A stretch of DNA of 64,000 nucleotides from contig JAJYTP010000001.1 of assembly GCA_021792955.1 (NCBI GenBank), positions 3,044-67,043 on the forward strand, read 5' to 3'. The DNA comes from an archaeon. Lineage in GTDB: Archaea; Thermoproteota; Nitrososphaeria; Conexivisphaerales; UBA164. A model generated the notes under the pieces. The model saw nothing but the letters and a program-made list of their open reading frames with translations. It was not told the DNA's origin and did no database searches. Shown here piece after piece: positions 27,853 to 37,055 of this stretch. Numbering within the stretch: position 1 is the stretch's first letter; the number at the start of each line of letters is the position of its first letter. A program made the translations under genes and the position numbers.

Positions 27853-28083
27853 ATGGTCAAGGGTTGTGTCCTGATGAGGACAGAAAGGGGAAGATATGCT
27901 TCTGTACTGGATGAAATAAGGAAGATACCCGGTGTCACTGGGGCTTACCCGGTGCTTGGACGCTTTGATGTAGTTGCATATGTATCGGCAAAGGATCCAT
28001 CATCGATGGGCTCCAGCATAATGAGGATGAGCAGGATGAGCGGAGTGGTCTTTACAGAATCCCTTATCGAGGTGACGGAATAA
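27853..28083 (+). CDS. Stand-alone RAM (Lrp/AsnC ligand-binding) domain protein
   Basis: It is about 76 aa, reads VLDEIRKIPGVTGAYPVLGRFDVVAYVSAKD, and has no HTH. Confidence 0.65.
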   Translation: MVKGCVLMRTERGRYASVLDEIRKIPGVTGAYPVLGRFDVVAYVSAKDPSSMGSSIMRMSRMSGVVFTESLIEVTE

Positions 28084-28307
28084 TGCCCCAGGCGACTTTG
28101 CTCATAAAGGTCATACCCACAAAGCTTAGGGAAGCGCTCAAATCAATCAAGGAGATCAGAGGCGTTAATGATGCGTTCATCGTCTATGGGCGATTTGATC
28201 TGGTTGTATCCATAGGGGCCATCAACTATGAAGAGATGATAAGGCTAACGGCCGAGATAAACAAGATCGAAGGCATCAGGAGCACAGAAACGCTGCTGGA
28301 AGCCTAG
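28083..28307 (+). CDS. Stand-alone RAM (Lrp/AsnC ligand-binding) domain protein, second copy
   Basis: It is 74 aa and reads ALKSIKEIRGVNDAFIVYGRFDLVVSIGAINYEEM. Its start overlaps the previous stop (TAATG). Confidence 0.65.
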   Translation: MPQATLLIKVIPTKLREALKSIKEIRGVNDAFIVYGRFDLVVSIGAINYEEMIRLTAEINKIEGIRSTETLLEA

Positions 28308-28333
28308 TCCAGCGTTATTTAAAAATCGCAGGC

Positions 28334-28897
28334 TTGACACTGATATTCTCCTGTACTAAGGACGACCTCTACAGGGTTTCATCGATGCTAAGCCTGGGCG
28401 GTTCTGTAATACTTGACATCGGAGAAATGTACATTTTTGGGTTCGCAAGGAGCAACTTCAAGCCCGTTAAGGCCGGATGCCTGACGCCGCCGCCGATCCT
28501 ATTGACCGATGACGTGAAGGTTATGCAAGGCTATACCTCCAATAAGCTTGCGAGGTTTCTCCTCGAGAAATTCATAGATAAGGGGCTGGCCGTCGTTGAT
28601 TCGAATCCAGCGGCCGGGTATGAGGGATTTGGGCTGAGCCTGACCAATCATCACGGCTTCAGCAGCCTAATGATGATGTTAAAGGAGGCTGTCATCGGAT
28701 TTCAGATCGACCCCAGGGTGGAGCTGCATGACGCCATCGTTCAGCTGAACCCCGATGCGGTTGTCATGGATTTGCCAGAAGGTGGTCCGAAACTGTTGAC
28801 CACGTTAAAAACGAGCGGTTACTCCTTAGAGCTTGTAAGGGAGGGCAGTTTAAAATTGGAAACCATCGAGGAATCCCTTAAGGGGTTATACAGTTGA
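28334..28897 (+). CDS. Hypothetical protein (TTG start)
   Basis: This is a long ORF with no competing frame. No motif was recognised. Confidence 0.35.
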   Translation: MTLIFSCTKDDLYRVSSMLSLGGSVILDIGEMYIFGFARSNFKPVKAGCLTPPPILLTDDVKVMQGYTSNKLARFLLEKFIDKGLAVVDSNPAAGYEGFGLSLTNHHGFSSLMMMLKEAVIGFQIDPRVELHDAIVQLNPDAVVMDLPEGGPKLLTTLKTSGYSLELVREGSLKLETIEESLKGLYS

Positions 28898-29851
28898 ATC
28901 GAAGTGCACCCACCCCGTATCATGGACTGGCACCCACCTTTGGCCCTCGTAGAAGAAAACACCTTCCCCTTCCTCGACTCGGCCTAGATGCCTAAGCGTT
29001 ATCCCAAGTGAGCGTGCTATTTCCCTGAGCGCGGTTATGCTGCTTGGATCGCAGGTAAACACTATCTGATATTCTTCACCCCCGTAGAAGACGGCAGAAT
29101 ACACATCATTGTTAGAATTTCTGAGGAAGTTGGCCATGGCATGGTCTATCGGAAGCTCTTCGATCATATATTTTACATGACCTTGTTTTGACATCTCATG
29201 AAGGGTTATAGCTAGGCCATCACTCGAGTCCATCGAAGACGTGAAAAGGCCTGCCTCTACGGCCCGGACTCCGAAAAGGAGCGGGGGGCTCTGTTCCAGA
29301 GCGGCGTGCACGCATACATCCTTCATTTTTCCATCTGGCAACCCGGAACCCTTTAGAAGGAAGTCCAGTCCGGCCTTGCTTGGCCCGAATTCACCTGTAA
29401 CAAATATCAGGTCCCCGGGTCTAGCTCCCCCCCTGCTGACCCGCCTTTTCGCCCTGCCGTAAAGCACACAATCGATCACTAGATCCTTTGACTCATTGAC
29501 ATCCCCACCAAGCAGCTCTACACCGAACTCGATGGAGGCATCCTTGAAACCATTTATGATCCCCTTTATGAGCTCCTCCTTATACCCCCGTGGAAGTCCT
29601 ATGGACAGCAGGGCGCCGTCCGGTGAAACCCCCTTGGCAGCGAAGTCCGAAACCGCCGCCACTAGCGCCTTCCTCCCTATCTGTTGTGGGGTCATGCTGG
29701 GGGGGACATCCGTAGAGCCTACCAGCATGTCCACCTTCAGCACCAGAAATCCATCGTCATCATTTACGTAAGCTACATCATCATTGAGTTCGAACGATAA
29801 ATTTTTGCCGAATACATTCCTTATATAATTTATGATGTCCTTTTCATCCAA
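28886..29851 (-). CDS. thiL: Thiamine-monophosphate kinase
   Basis: It belongs to the AIR-synthase-related family, with DDVAY, LKVDMLVGSTDVP, GGDVN and the length typical of ThiL. Confidence 0.8.
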   Translation of the reverse strand: MDEKDIINYIRNVFGKNLSFELNDDVAYVNDDDGFLVLKVDMLVGSTDVPPSMTPQQIGRKALVAAVSDFAAKGVSPDGALLSIGLPRGYKEELIKGIINGFKDASIEFGVELLGGDVNESKDLVIDCVLYGRAKRRVSRGGARPGDLIFVTGEFGPSKAGLDFLLKGSGLPDGKMKDVCVHAALEQSPPLLFGVRAVEAGLFTSSMDSSDGLAITLHEMSKQGHVKYMIEELPIDHAMANFLRNSNNDVYSAVFYGGEEYQIVFTCDPSSITALREIARSLGITLRHLGRVEEGEGVFFYEGQRWVPVHDTGWVHFDSTV

Positions 29852-29867
29852 TTACGTTCATCCAGAC

Positions 29868-30431
29868 CTATCGTACAAATAGATAGACCTGCTGTTCTGA
29901 GATGATCTCACTAAGAACTCTTTCGGCTACCCGCCTGCCGGGGTCCTTTAGCCCTATTCTCTTCTGTATATCTTCGAAGCTGGTGAACGGCCTCTTTTCT
30001 CTTTCCTCGAGCATCTGTCGCATAAGCGTTTTACCTATCCCCGGTATAAGCTCCAGGGCGTTAAGCCTGGGCGTTATGGGTTGTGACTGGTTGAAAAAGG
30101 CCACGAACCTAGCCTCGTTGTCCATCACAGATTTTTCAACTGCGGCCGGTAGCTCGTTCTTAGCCACAGATGATAGATCGCTGTACTTCATTCGTCCCAG
30201 AACGCTCGCGATCTTGTTACGCTTTTCCTTGCTGATGTATACCTTTTCCTGAATTCCAAAGGTCGTGTTCGGATTAGCCAGAAGTTCGAGGATCATGAAA
30301 AATTCCCCCCCTAAGGCTTCTACAACCGTACCGCCCTTATTCTTAAGTATCTTAGATACGGAGTTTTGCCTGAAATCCAATACATAGCCGTATGTTTCGT
30401 ATCTCTTCTGGGTTTCTCCTTGCAATATCAA
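29868..30431 (-). CDS. DUF655-family protein (OB fold plus helix-hairpin-helix)
   Basis: YGYVLDF at the N-terminus and LELIPGIGKTLMRQMLEERE (HhH) are present. The position downstream of rpl21e-rpoF is conserved in archaea. Confidence 0.7.
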   Translation of the reverse strand: MILQGETQKRYETYGYVLDFRQNSVSKILKNKGGTVVEALGGEFFMILELLANPNTTFGIQEKVYISKEKRNKIASVLGRMKYSDLSSVAKNELPAAVEKSVMDNEARFVAFFNQSQPITPRLNALELIPGIGKTLMRQMLEEREKRPFTSFEDIQKRIGLKDPGRRVAERVLSEIISEQQVYLFVR

Positions 30432-30631
30432 TCGGTAGCGTTTTAGGTGATGGGTTATAAAAACATTTCAATTGAAGCCCTCGCGGATCAAATCCCATCA
30501 CGAAGTGGTTAAACCTGGGACCATTTGTTAGAAAGCACCTACTATCATGGCAATCCATTCAAAATTACATGTTGCACTTAATTATGGAAACCACCATCCG
30601 GATTAAATGACGCGTTGGCCGGACGCCTAAA

Positions 30632-30958
30632 TTATGCCTTTGATTGCAATATAGATACGATCTTCGTTACAACATCGGATGTCAATAACTTCTTCCAGCC
30701 CACCAGAAGCGCCCTCACTTCTTCCATGGTCTTTGGCATTATATTGACAAGTTGAATTGCCAAGTCCTCCTCAAGTGAACACTCCGTTACGATCCTATTG
30801 ACGAGGTCCCTGCCCCTTTTACCATCTATAGTCGAAAATTCGCTTATGTAGCCAGCTGTCTTCTGTTGAATCTGATCCATGGATTCGCTCCCTATCTGTG
30901 AGAGCAAATCCTTTGCTTCATGGATGGTGATCTTTCTGGCGCTTTTAACCTTTGGCAA
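30632..30958 (-). CDS. rpoF: DNA-directed RNA polymerase subunit F (Rpo4)
   Basis: It is about 108 aa with the Rpb4-like pattern EAKDLL...IVNIMPKTMEEVRAL. It is adjacent to rpl21e. Confidence 0.75.
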   Translation of the reverse strand: MPKVKSARKITIHEAKDLLSQIGSESMDQIQQKTAGYISEFSTIDGKRGRDLVNRIVTECSLEEDLAIQLVNIMPKTMEEVRALLVGWKKLLTSDVVTKIVSILQSKA

Positions 30959-31247
30959 CTACTTCTTCACCACGTAAAGGCTTTACATGTTCCAGCCTGA
31001 CCATTAACTGTTTTAGCTTCTTGCCGACTTGGACGTCTACCACCAGGGAGCGCTTTCTTACTTCATTTATTACCCCTACCCTGCCGTTAAACCTTCTATG
31101 TGGCATTCCCTTTGGTTGGGTAGGGTCCAATTTAACTATGACTTTATCCCCGACGTTATAACTTTGCAGCAAATAGGATAACCCCTTTCTCTTTTCCAGC
31201 GTTAAAAGGGCCCTTGTCTTTCTCCTGTAGCCTTTACTCTTCGGCAT
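30945..31247 (-). CDS. rpl21e: 50S ribosomal protein L21e
   Basis: It reads MPKSKGYRRKTR...YNVGDKVIVKLDPTQPKGMPHRRFNGRVGVI. Confidence 0.93.
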   Translation of the reverse strand: MPKSKGYRRKTRALLTLEKRKGLSYLLQSYNVGDKVIVKLDPTQPKGMPHRRFNGRVGVINEVRKRSLVVDVQVGKKLKQLMVRLEHVKPLRGEEVVAKG

Positions 31248-31293
31248 TCCCTGCGCCTCTATTCCAGCATTCCCATATAAAAATCGATCTATT

Positions 31294-32436
31294 TCAGAAG
31301 AGCCCTTTGAGCCTGGCGATGGCCAATCGCGGTATTATCGAGGAAATAAGCGAAGCCCCAACCTTACTGGTCAACAGCTTCCTTATAATATAAGAATGGA
31401 AATCGAAGTCCGCAGAATCCATTTCTATGTTTTCATCCTTAATGAGGTCCATCAAACCCTTCAATTGCTTATCATTCAACATCTTATACACTTGCGCAAG
31501 AGTGAGCTGTCTCGCCAGTTCTTTTCCGTATACATCATCGTAAAGGGCGGTATAACCATTAAAGTCCCCTTTTTCGAGAGCATTACGGGCTACTCTACCT
31601 GCTATGGCACCACCCACGCCCCCTGTAATTATCCCTCCAGCTGTAGTGGGCTTGGTCTGCCCTGCCGCATCACCAACTGATAACATCCTCCCTCCGTCCC
31701 GTCTCACGTATCCGCCCACAACCAGTGACGCGTTTATACGCTTGATCACCTGATATCTGATCCCCAGTGCTTGAAGTGCGGACTCAAAGTAATGGTCAGC
31801 CTCCTGGCCGCCAGTTCGGCCTCCGGCGCCTATCTTAGCAAAACCATCATCCAGCGGTATATACCATCCGAAGAAATCTCCAATCCTGATCTTATCTATA
31901 AACACTAGAATCCCATCATAAAATCCATCCTTTACAGCGATCAGATTTTGAAATGCTGGGATAAGCCCTCGTTTGTTGGGGTAATAACCGGCACCCATGG
32001 CGTTTATCATCAACTTGGACGACGTCTGTCTCTTGTTGGTTCTTATTGTTACGCCCTCATCTTCCATCTGTACGCTTTCAATCCTTTCACCTATGGAAAT
32101 CCTTGCGCCAGCCCTAACAGCCAGCGACGCCAGCTCCTTATCAAATTCGCTTCTATTAAGGACCACTAGACCAGCCTTCTTCAGATTAAATTCATAGCTT
32201 GATGCATCAGACAGCACCACCTTTCCTTCCTTGATAGTATTAAGGAGGACCTTTCTTGTAGGGGCTATGCCTAGCTTGGTAAGACCATCAACTGAAATAA
32301 GACCGCCACACTTTTCCGGCATCCCTATTTCCATGTCGTTTTCTATTACCTCAACGTCAATCCCCAATGCCGCGGCTTCCCTGGCGGCCGATAGTCCAGC
32401 TACACTTCCTCCTCCTATGGCCACCTCTGCCGTCAT
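31294..32436 (-). CDS. Geranylgeranyl reductase-family FAD-dependent oxidoreductase
   Basis: The N-terminal dinucleotide fold reads VAIGGGSVAGLSAAREAAALG, and VGDAAG is also present. The length is about 380 aa. Confidence 0.75.
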   Translation of the reverse strand: MTAEVAIGGGSVAGLSAAREAAALGIDVEVIENDMEIGMPEKCGGLISVDGLTKLGIAPTRKVLLNTIKEGKVVLSDASSYEFNLKKAGLVVLNRSEFDKELASLAVRAGARISIGERIESVQMEDEGVTIRTNKRQTSSKLMINAMGAGYYPNKRGLIPAFQNLIAVKDGFYDGILVFIDKIRIGDFFGWYIPLDDGFAKIGAGGRTGGQEADHYFESALQALGIRYQVIKRINASLVVGGYVRRDGGRMLSVGDAAGQTKPTTAGGIITGGVGGAIAGRVARNALEKGDFNGYTALYDDVYGKELARQLTLAQVYKMLNDKQLKGLMDLIKDENIEMDSADFDFHSYIIRKLLTSKVGASLISSIIPRLAIARLKGLF

Positions 32437-32559
32437 ACGCGATGTGGGGTTCAGCTTTAATTTAACCGTTTAGGATTTTTTGGAGCATGTCAGGACGCCA
32501 TATATCGTAAATGCATATGTTAAATATCTGAGGAACCTTACCGTGCAGAGGGGGTCCTG

Positions 32560-35061
32560 GTGAAACTAAGTGAGCTGGTGAATTCTATAAGAAGCAAAAG
32601 GCTGGACCCTGATAACCGCGGCATAGTAATAAGGAAAACCCCGGTGGAACTGCTTGAGCGCGCTTCCAGAGCTATGCGGTTTGACAAGGTCCCCAGTACC
32701 ATGGATCTCCTGTCAGGGTTGTACAAGGGAGAGCGCCTTGGCCATGCACTGCGCTTGTATTTTGCTTCAGAATATTACCGAATTCCCCCTAGGATTATCA
32801 GCTTCAACGGGCATTCGGCTGTAATTCAAAGCGCCAATGTTCGGAGGTACAGCACTAACCGGGCTATGGCAGAACGCATAATGACGATTACAAACTCGGC
32901 GCTCTTAGCCAGCGGCTATACTATATCTTCAAATGGAGGACCAACGGGCGCGGACTATGGGCGTGATGTAGCAGGCCAAAAGTTTCGGCATCATGTTGAC
33001 GGTATCAATACACCAGCGCTGTTCCTTAAGATGGGCTTTACTGGAGGCGGTTTTCGCCTTCGCTTCTACCAGGGGTCGCAATTTTCCCGTATGGTGATCG
33101 CACACCAGGCCGCAGCCGAATTGTATGGCTTGTCATCCACATCCTATGCATGCCATATAACGGGCCTAGGAGAAAAATTATTCCTGTATTTTTCCGACGA
33201 GGTAGCTCCGCCAAGCACGCTGCCGAACCCCGACCCCAAGGCCGCTGATGCCGCCGGGCCTAAACTGCTTGATATGGGTGAACTTCTAGCGCCATCGTGG
33301 GTGCTTGACGCGATGATGGAGAGGGGACTGTTCAACTACAGTTATAAATTCACCAGCGTGCCTATGAATGTAAATCAAGCGCTTGAACAGGCAAGAACTA
33401 GCGGCTTCCTGCATCCAAACTTTTCACTGCCACTACACGCGCTTTCCTTCGACAAGCTTAAATCGCTGAAAGAGGGATTTATTGGAGTCCTCAATGGAAC
33501 TGCGCATTTTAGGGCCGCAGCCACCAGCGCGTTAATGGATATGGGTATCCTGACCGGATATGAAAATGGAACGCTACTGGTAGGTGGATATCCTGGTGAA
33601 GTCCTGGGCAACATCCTTGAGGGGCTTGATGTCAAAGGCCTGACCTCGATGGACGCCCTTGAAACTGATTGTGGATTTAAGATGGTCTCTGCAGGTCAGC
33701 CGGTAACCCTTGTAATCCCCTTAAAACAAAACGAAGCCAAGCCTGTTAAGACTGCCCACGGAATATTTCCTTCAATGAACGGAAACCTGTTGGATGATGA
33801 CAGGGTCGCCGTCAGATCGCCTCTGCGCTACTGCGTTCACTGTATGACTGAAACGCCATACCGAATTTGCCCTGCATGTGGGGAGATCACGGAACCGGTA
33901 TACACCTGCACACACTGTAAAAAGCGCCTCACTTCGGCCACCTGCCCTTACTGCGGTCATTTGACGGTACGGGAATATAGCAACGAAATTTCCGTACGCC
34001 CTCTGTTGCAATATGAATCACATAAGGTCTCCCTAAAGCCATTGGAACCCCTAAAGGGGATTACGCCCGTAGATAATACTGAGCTGGAGAATTTGGGTAA
34101 GGCGCTGGTTAGACAGTATCACTCACTGATGGCACAAAGGACTGGGATAGTTACTGTCAAGGTGGATATGCAATTGGCTACAGACAATTGGGATAAGAAT
34201 ATGATGGTGACATATACTAATAAATCTGGCCAGGCACTGAAGGTCGACGAAATAATGTTACCTGTAAGGGCGGCGAACGCGCTCCTGGAAGCCTCCAGGT
34301 ACATAGATGATGAGCTGGAGAGAGTGTATGGGCTGGAGCCATACTACAAATTACAATCGGTAAGCGATTTATTGGGCCGATCGATAGTTGGGTTGGATGC
34401 CGGCTCACGAATTGGATTATTGGGCCGAGTCGTTGGAATACTTCAGGGAGAGTCAGGCCTTGCTAGGGACGAATGGGTTTTTACAATCAACAGGGCAGCG
34501 CCTAGCCTCTCCGTAAATATAATTCTGCTTGGTGATCTCCTTTTGAACTTTTCGGGTCTATATGTACACCCTGAACGAAAGCTGGTTTTATTCAAGCATC
34601 CAGCCATATCTCATCCGTCTATGATTCCAATAAACGTCGGCAGGCCGCGCAACCTTCTTAATGCAGAACAGATTGATGACCCGTTCTATTTAGCCGGGTT
34701 ACAGCTTGATGCTATAAATAGGATGGCGACTACATTTGATAACCGCTTAAATGTAATGGTAAGGGAGGTTGTATTACCGCTCCTTAGCGGTCTGGAGCAG
34801 CTTCTATCCACATGGGGGCTGACCTGTGCGTCATGCGGCGCTCCAGCAGGCGTTGCTGGACTGAGAAATGTGTGCGCTGTGTGTGGAGGCAAGCTTGAGC
34901 CTTCATATTCGATCGAAAAGCTCAAAACCATAATCAACAAGGCCAATCTCCTGACCGGTAAATTAGAGGGCGGCACCTTAGATGAATTAAACATAAGCAT
35001 AGAAGCGCTTAGATCGCTAGTCAAGTCAAAGAAGCAGTTTTCACTTTCTGAGTACACCTGA
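32560..35061 (+). CDS. PolD large-subunit (DP2)-like protein, truncated and lacking the catalytic Asp triad (GTG start)
   Basis: Blocks shared with canonical DP2 are GGGFRLRF, a double CxxC zinc cluster followed by LKGI, YIDDELERVYGLEPYY..GLDAGSRIGLLGRVVGI, LLGDLLLNFS, and the C-terminal CxxC..CxxCGGKL. The NCDGDED position reads AAPSLSV. Confidence 0.7.
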   Translation: MKLSELVNSIRSKRLDPDNRGIVIRKTPVELLERASRAMRFDKVPSTMDLLSGLYKGERLGHALRLYFASEYYRIPPRIISFNGHSAVIQSANVRRYSTNRAMAERIMTITNSALLASGYTISSNGGPTGADYGRDVAGQKFRHHVDGINTPALFLKMGFTGGGFRLRFYQGSQFSRMVIAHQAAAELYGLSSTSYACHITGLGEKLFLYFSDEVAPPSTLPNPDPKAADAAGPKLLDMGELLAPSWVLDAMMERGLFNYSYKFTSVPMNVNQALEQARTSGFLHPNFSLPLHALSFDKLKSLKEGFIGVLNGTAHFRAAATSALMDMGILTGYENGTLLVGGYPGEVLGNILEGLDVKGLTSMDALETDCGFKMVSAGQPVTLVIPLKQNEAKPVKTAHGIFPSMNGNLLDDDRVAVRSPLRYCVHCMTETPYRICPACGEITEPVYTCTHCKKRLTSATCPYCGHLTVREYSNEISVRPLLQYESHKVSLKPLEPLKGITPVDNTELENLGKALVRQYHSLMAQRTGIVTVKVDMQLATDNWDKNMMVTYTNKSGQALKVDEIMLPVRAANALLEASRYIDDELERVYGLEPYYKLQSVSDLLGRSIVGLDAGSRIGLLGRVVGILQGESGLARDEWVFTINRAAPSLSVNIILLGDLLLNFSGLYVHPERKLVLFKHPAISHPSMIPINVGRPRNLLNAEQIDDPFYLAGLQLDAINRMATTFDNRLNVMVREVVLPLLSGLEQLLSTWGLTCASCGAPAGVAGLRNVCAVCGGKLEPSYSIEKLKTIINKANLLTGKLEGGTLDELNISIEALRSLVKSKKQFSLSEYT

Positions 35062-35141
35062 ACGCGTGTATCATCCGGTCACATGAGCTGGGCCATCGAT
35101 TTTCGATATTGATGGTTATATTTAGAATTTGAACGCTTTCA

Positions 35142-36467
35142 CTATTTTCTCAGCGTTATATATGAGTATGCATCTTGCTGGTTATCGAATGCATAGCTCA
35201 CCTTTGGGAACTTCCTTTTAAGCGCGCTTATCTCTGACCTTATCCTTTCATGATCATCCTTTTTTACTACAGTCCTATATATCAGATCGCCTATATATTC
35301 CATTTCTGACCGTCCCATGCCCAGCCTGGTCAGTTCCTGGGTGCCCATCCTTATTCCACCAGGGTCCTTAAAGTGCCTTCCCTCCTTTATATCGCTAGGT
35401 ATCATGTTCCTATTCAGGATGATATTCGCATCCTCAAGTTCCCTTTCAACACCCCATCCTCCTCCTTGGGCAGTTACATCAACCAAAACCTGGTGTGATT
35501 CCGTAAATCCATTTCTTCCTCCGATCACCTTCAGGCCTCTGGCGGACAGTGCCTCGGCAAGCGATTGGGCATTCCTGATCACATTTGTAGCATAATCCTT
35601 GCCAAATGCAAGCATCTCTGCAAAGACTACGGCCTTAGCGGCCATATGGTGTAAATGGTGGTTGGAGGTATTGCTTGGAAATACCGATCCCTTGATCTTG
35701 TCCGAGAACTTGTTGAAGCTAACCACGATCCCGCCCTGGGGGCCTGGCATGGTTTTATGGGTGCTCCCAGTCATAAAATCAGCCCCCTCTCTAAGTGGGT
35801 CCTGGAATTGGCCTCCCGCTATCAATCCAAGGACGTGCGCCCCATCATACATCGTAAGAATTTCGTTCGACTTCAGGTAATCTGATAGCTCCTTAAGCGG
35901 GTGCGGAAATAGAAAGACCGAGCCGCCAAACACGATCATCTTCGGTTTCTTTCCTTCCTTGATCATCGATTCTATCTTCTGCTTTGTCCTGTCAACATCT
36001 ATATTCATTTCTTCGTCGTCAAATGGAATATTTTCCACGACCAGGCCGTGAACAGCCCCGGCCGTACCACCGAGCTCTTTCTTGCCATATGTTATATGTC
36101 CTCCGTTCGGAATGGAAAGTGAAAGTATACGGTCTCCAGGGTCGGTGAACGCCGTATATATAACTAAATTTGAATTAACGCCCGCTATGGGCCTAACATC
36201 AACAAACTCTGCCCCGAATAACTCCTTGCCCAGGTTCTGCGCAGCTATTTCAACCTGATCTATGTATTTGCATCCGGCGTATACGCGTTCTCCCGGCCAT
36301 CCCTCTGCATACCTATTACCAAAGTCGGAAAGAATCGCCTCCCTTACCGCTGGGCTCGGCACGTTCTCCGAAGCTATCAGCGTTATCGATTCGCTAATCC
36401 ATTTCTGGTGTTCCTTTAGGAGCTCAAACAAGTGGTCATATTGCCTTTTAACATCCTGTCCTTGCAT
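35142..36467 (-). CDS. glyA: Serine hydroxymethyltransferase
   Basis: It carries LIASENVPSPAVREA and the PLP-Lys motif TGSTHKTMPGPQGG. Confidence 0.95.
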   Translation of the reverse strand: MQGQDVKRQYDHLFELLKEHQKWISESITLIASENVPSPAVREAILSDFGNRYAEGWPGERVYAGCKYIDQVEIAAQNLGKELFGAEFVDVRPIAGVNSNLVIYTAFTDPGDRILSLSIPNGGHITYGKKELGGTAGAVHGLVVENIPFDDEEMNIDVDRTKQKIESMIKEGKKPKMIVFGGSVFLFPHPLKELSDYLKSNEILTMYDGAHVLGLIAGGQFQDPLREGADFMTGSTHKTMPGPQGGIVVSFNKFSDKIKGSVFPSNTSNHHLHHMAAKAVVFAEMLAFGKDYATNVIRNAQSLAEALSARGLKVIGGRNGFTESHQVLVDVTAQGGGWGVERELEDANIILNRNMIPSDIKEGRHFKDPGGIRMGTQELTRLGMGRSEMEYIGDLIYRTVVKKDDHERIRSEISALKRKFPKVSYAFDNQQDAYSYITLRK

Positions 36468-36570
36468 ACTGGCGTTTACTTGACCATGCTATTTATACTT
36501 TAAAGCGGCCCCGGCCTCTAGTTTGCTGGCAACGATATCCTTTAATATAAATGTTGTAAATAATCGTATC

Positions 36571-36993
36571 ATGCGCAGGCAGCCTAGTTTTGGTTTTCTG
36601 ACAAGTAGGCAGCTCGATGTGCTAAAGCTACGGAAGAGCGGAATGTCATATGAAGATATAGCGGAAAGATATGGAACCACGCGTGAGAACGTCCTCATAT
36701 TGGAAAAGAGGGCCCTGAGGAACCTGAAGATGGCGGAGGCTACGATCGAGGCGGCGTTACATGAAGGTGTAGCGTACAAGGTCAGGATACCTGTAAACAC
36801 TAGGCTTATCGATATACCTAGCTTAGTCGTAGACTTCGCCGATCATAATGCGATAAGGTTGAGGGCGAATTTCACCAAGATATTTGATGATATAAGATAT
36901 AATCTTCCAAGCGCTGTCAACAGCTCCACAACTATCAAACCGATAGACATGTACATAATGATGGATGGTTCGCTGTTCTATATGGCAGCATGA
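36571..36993 (+). CDS. tfx: Tfx-family DNA-binding protein (LuxR/sigma-70 region-4-like HTH)
   Basis: It reads FLTSRQLDVLKLRKSGMSYEDIAERYGTTRENVLILEKRALRNLK. The internal ATG at 36571 is preferred as the start. Confidence 0.7.
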   Translation: MRRQPSFGFLTSRQLDVLKLRKSGMSYEDIAERYGTTRENVLILEKRALRNLKMAEATIEAALHEGVAYKVRIPVNTRLIDIPSLVVDFADHNAIRLRANFTKIFDDIRYNLPSAVNSSTTIKPIDMYIMMDGSLFYMAA

Positions 36994-37055
36994 TTCCAGG
37001 AATAGTGTCAGTTGCTCAAATGCTGAGCTGGTGACCAGTCAGCGCGCGCTAGAAC

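Noticed and set aside
32560-35061. Reading the 833-aa ORF as the organism's bona fide replicative PolD catalytic subunit
   Set aside because: The gapless alignment around LLNFS puts Pro, Leu and Val where the NCDGDED aspartates should be. The protein is also several hundred residues too short. It is therefore annotated as DP2-like and probably inactive.
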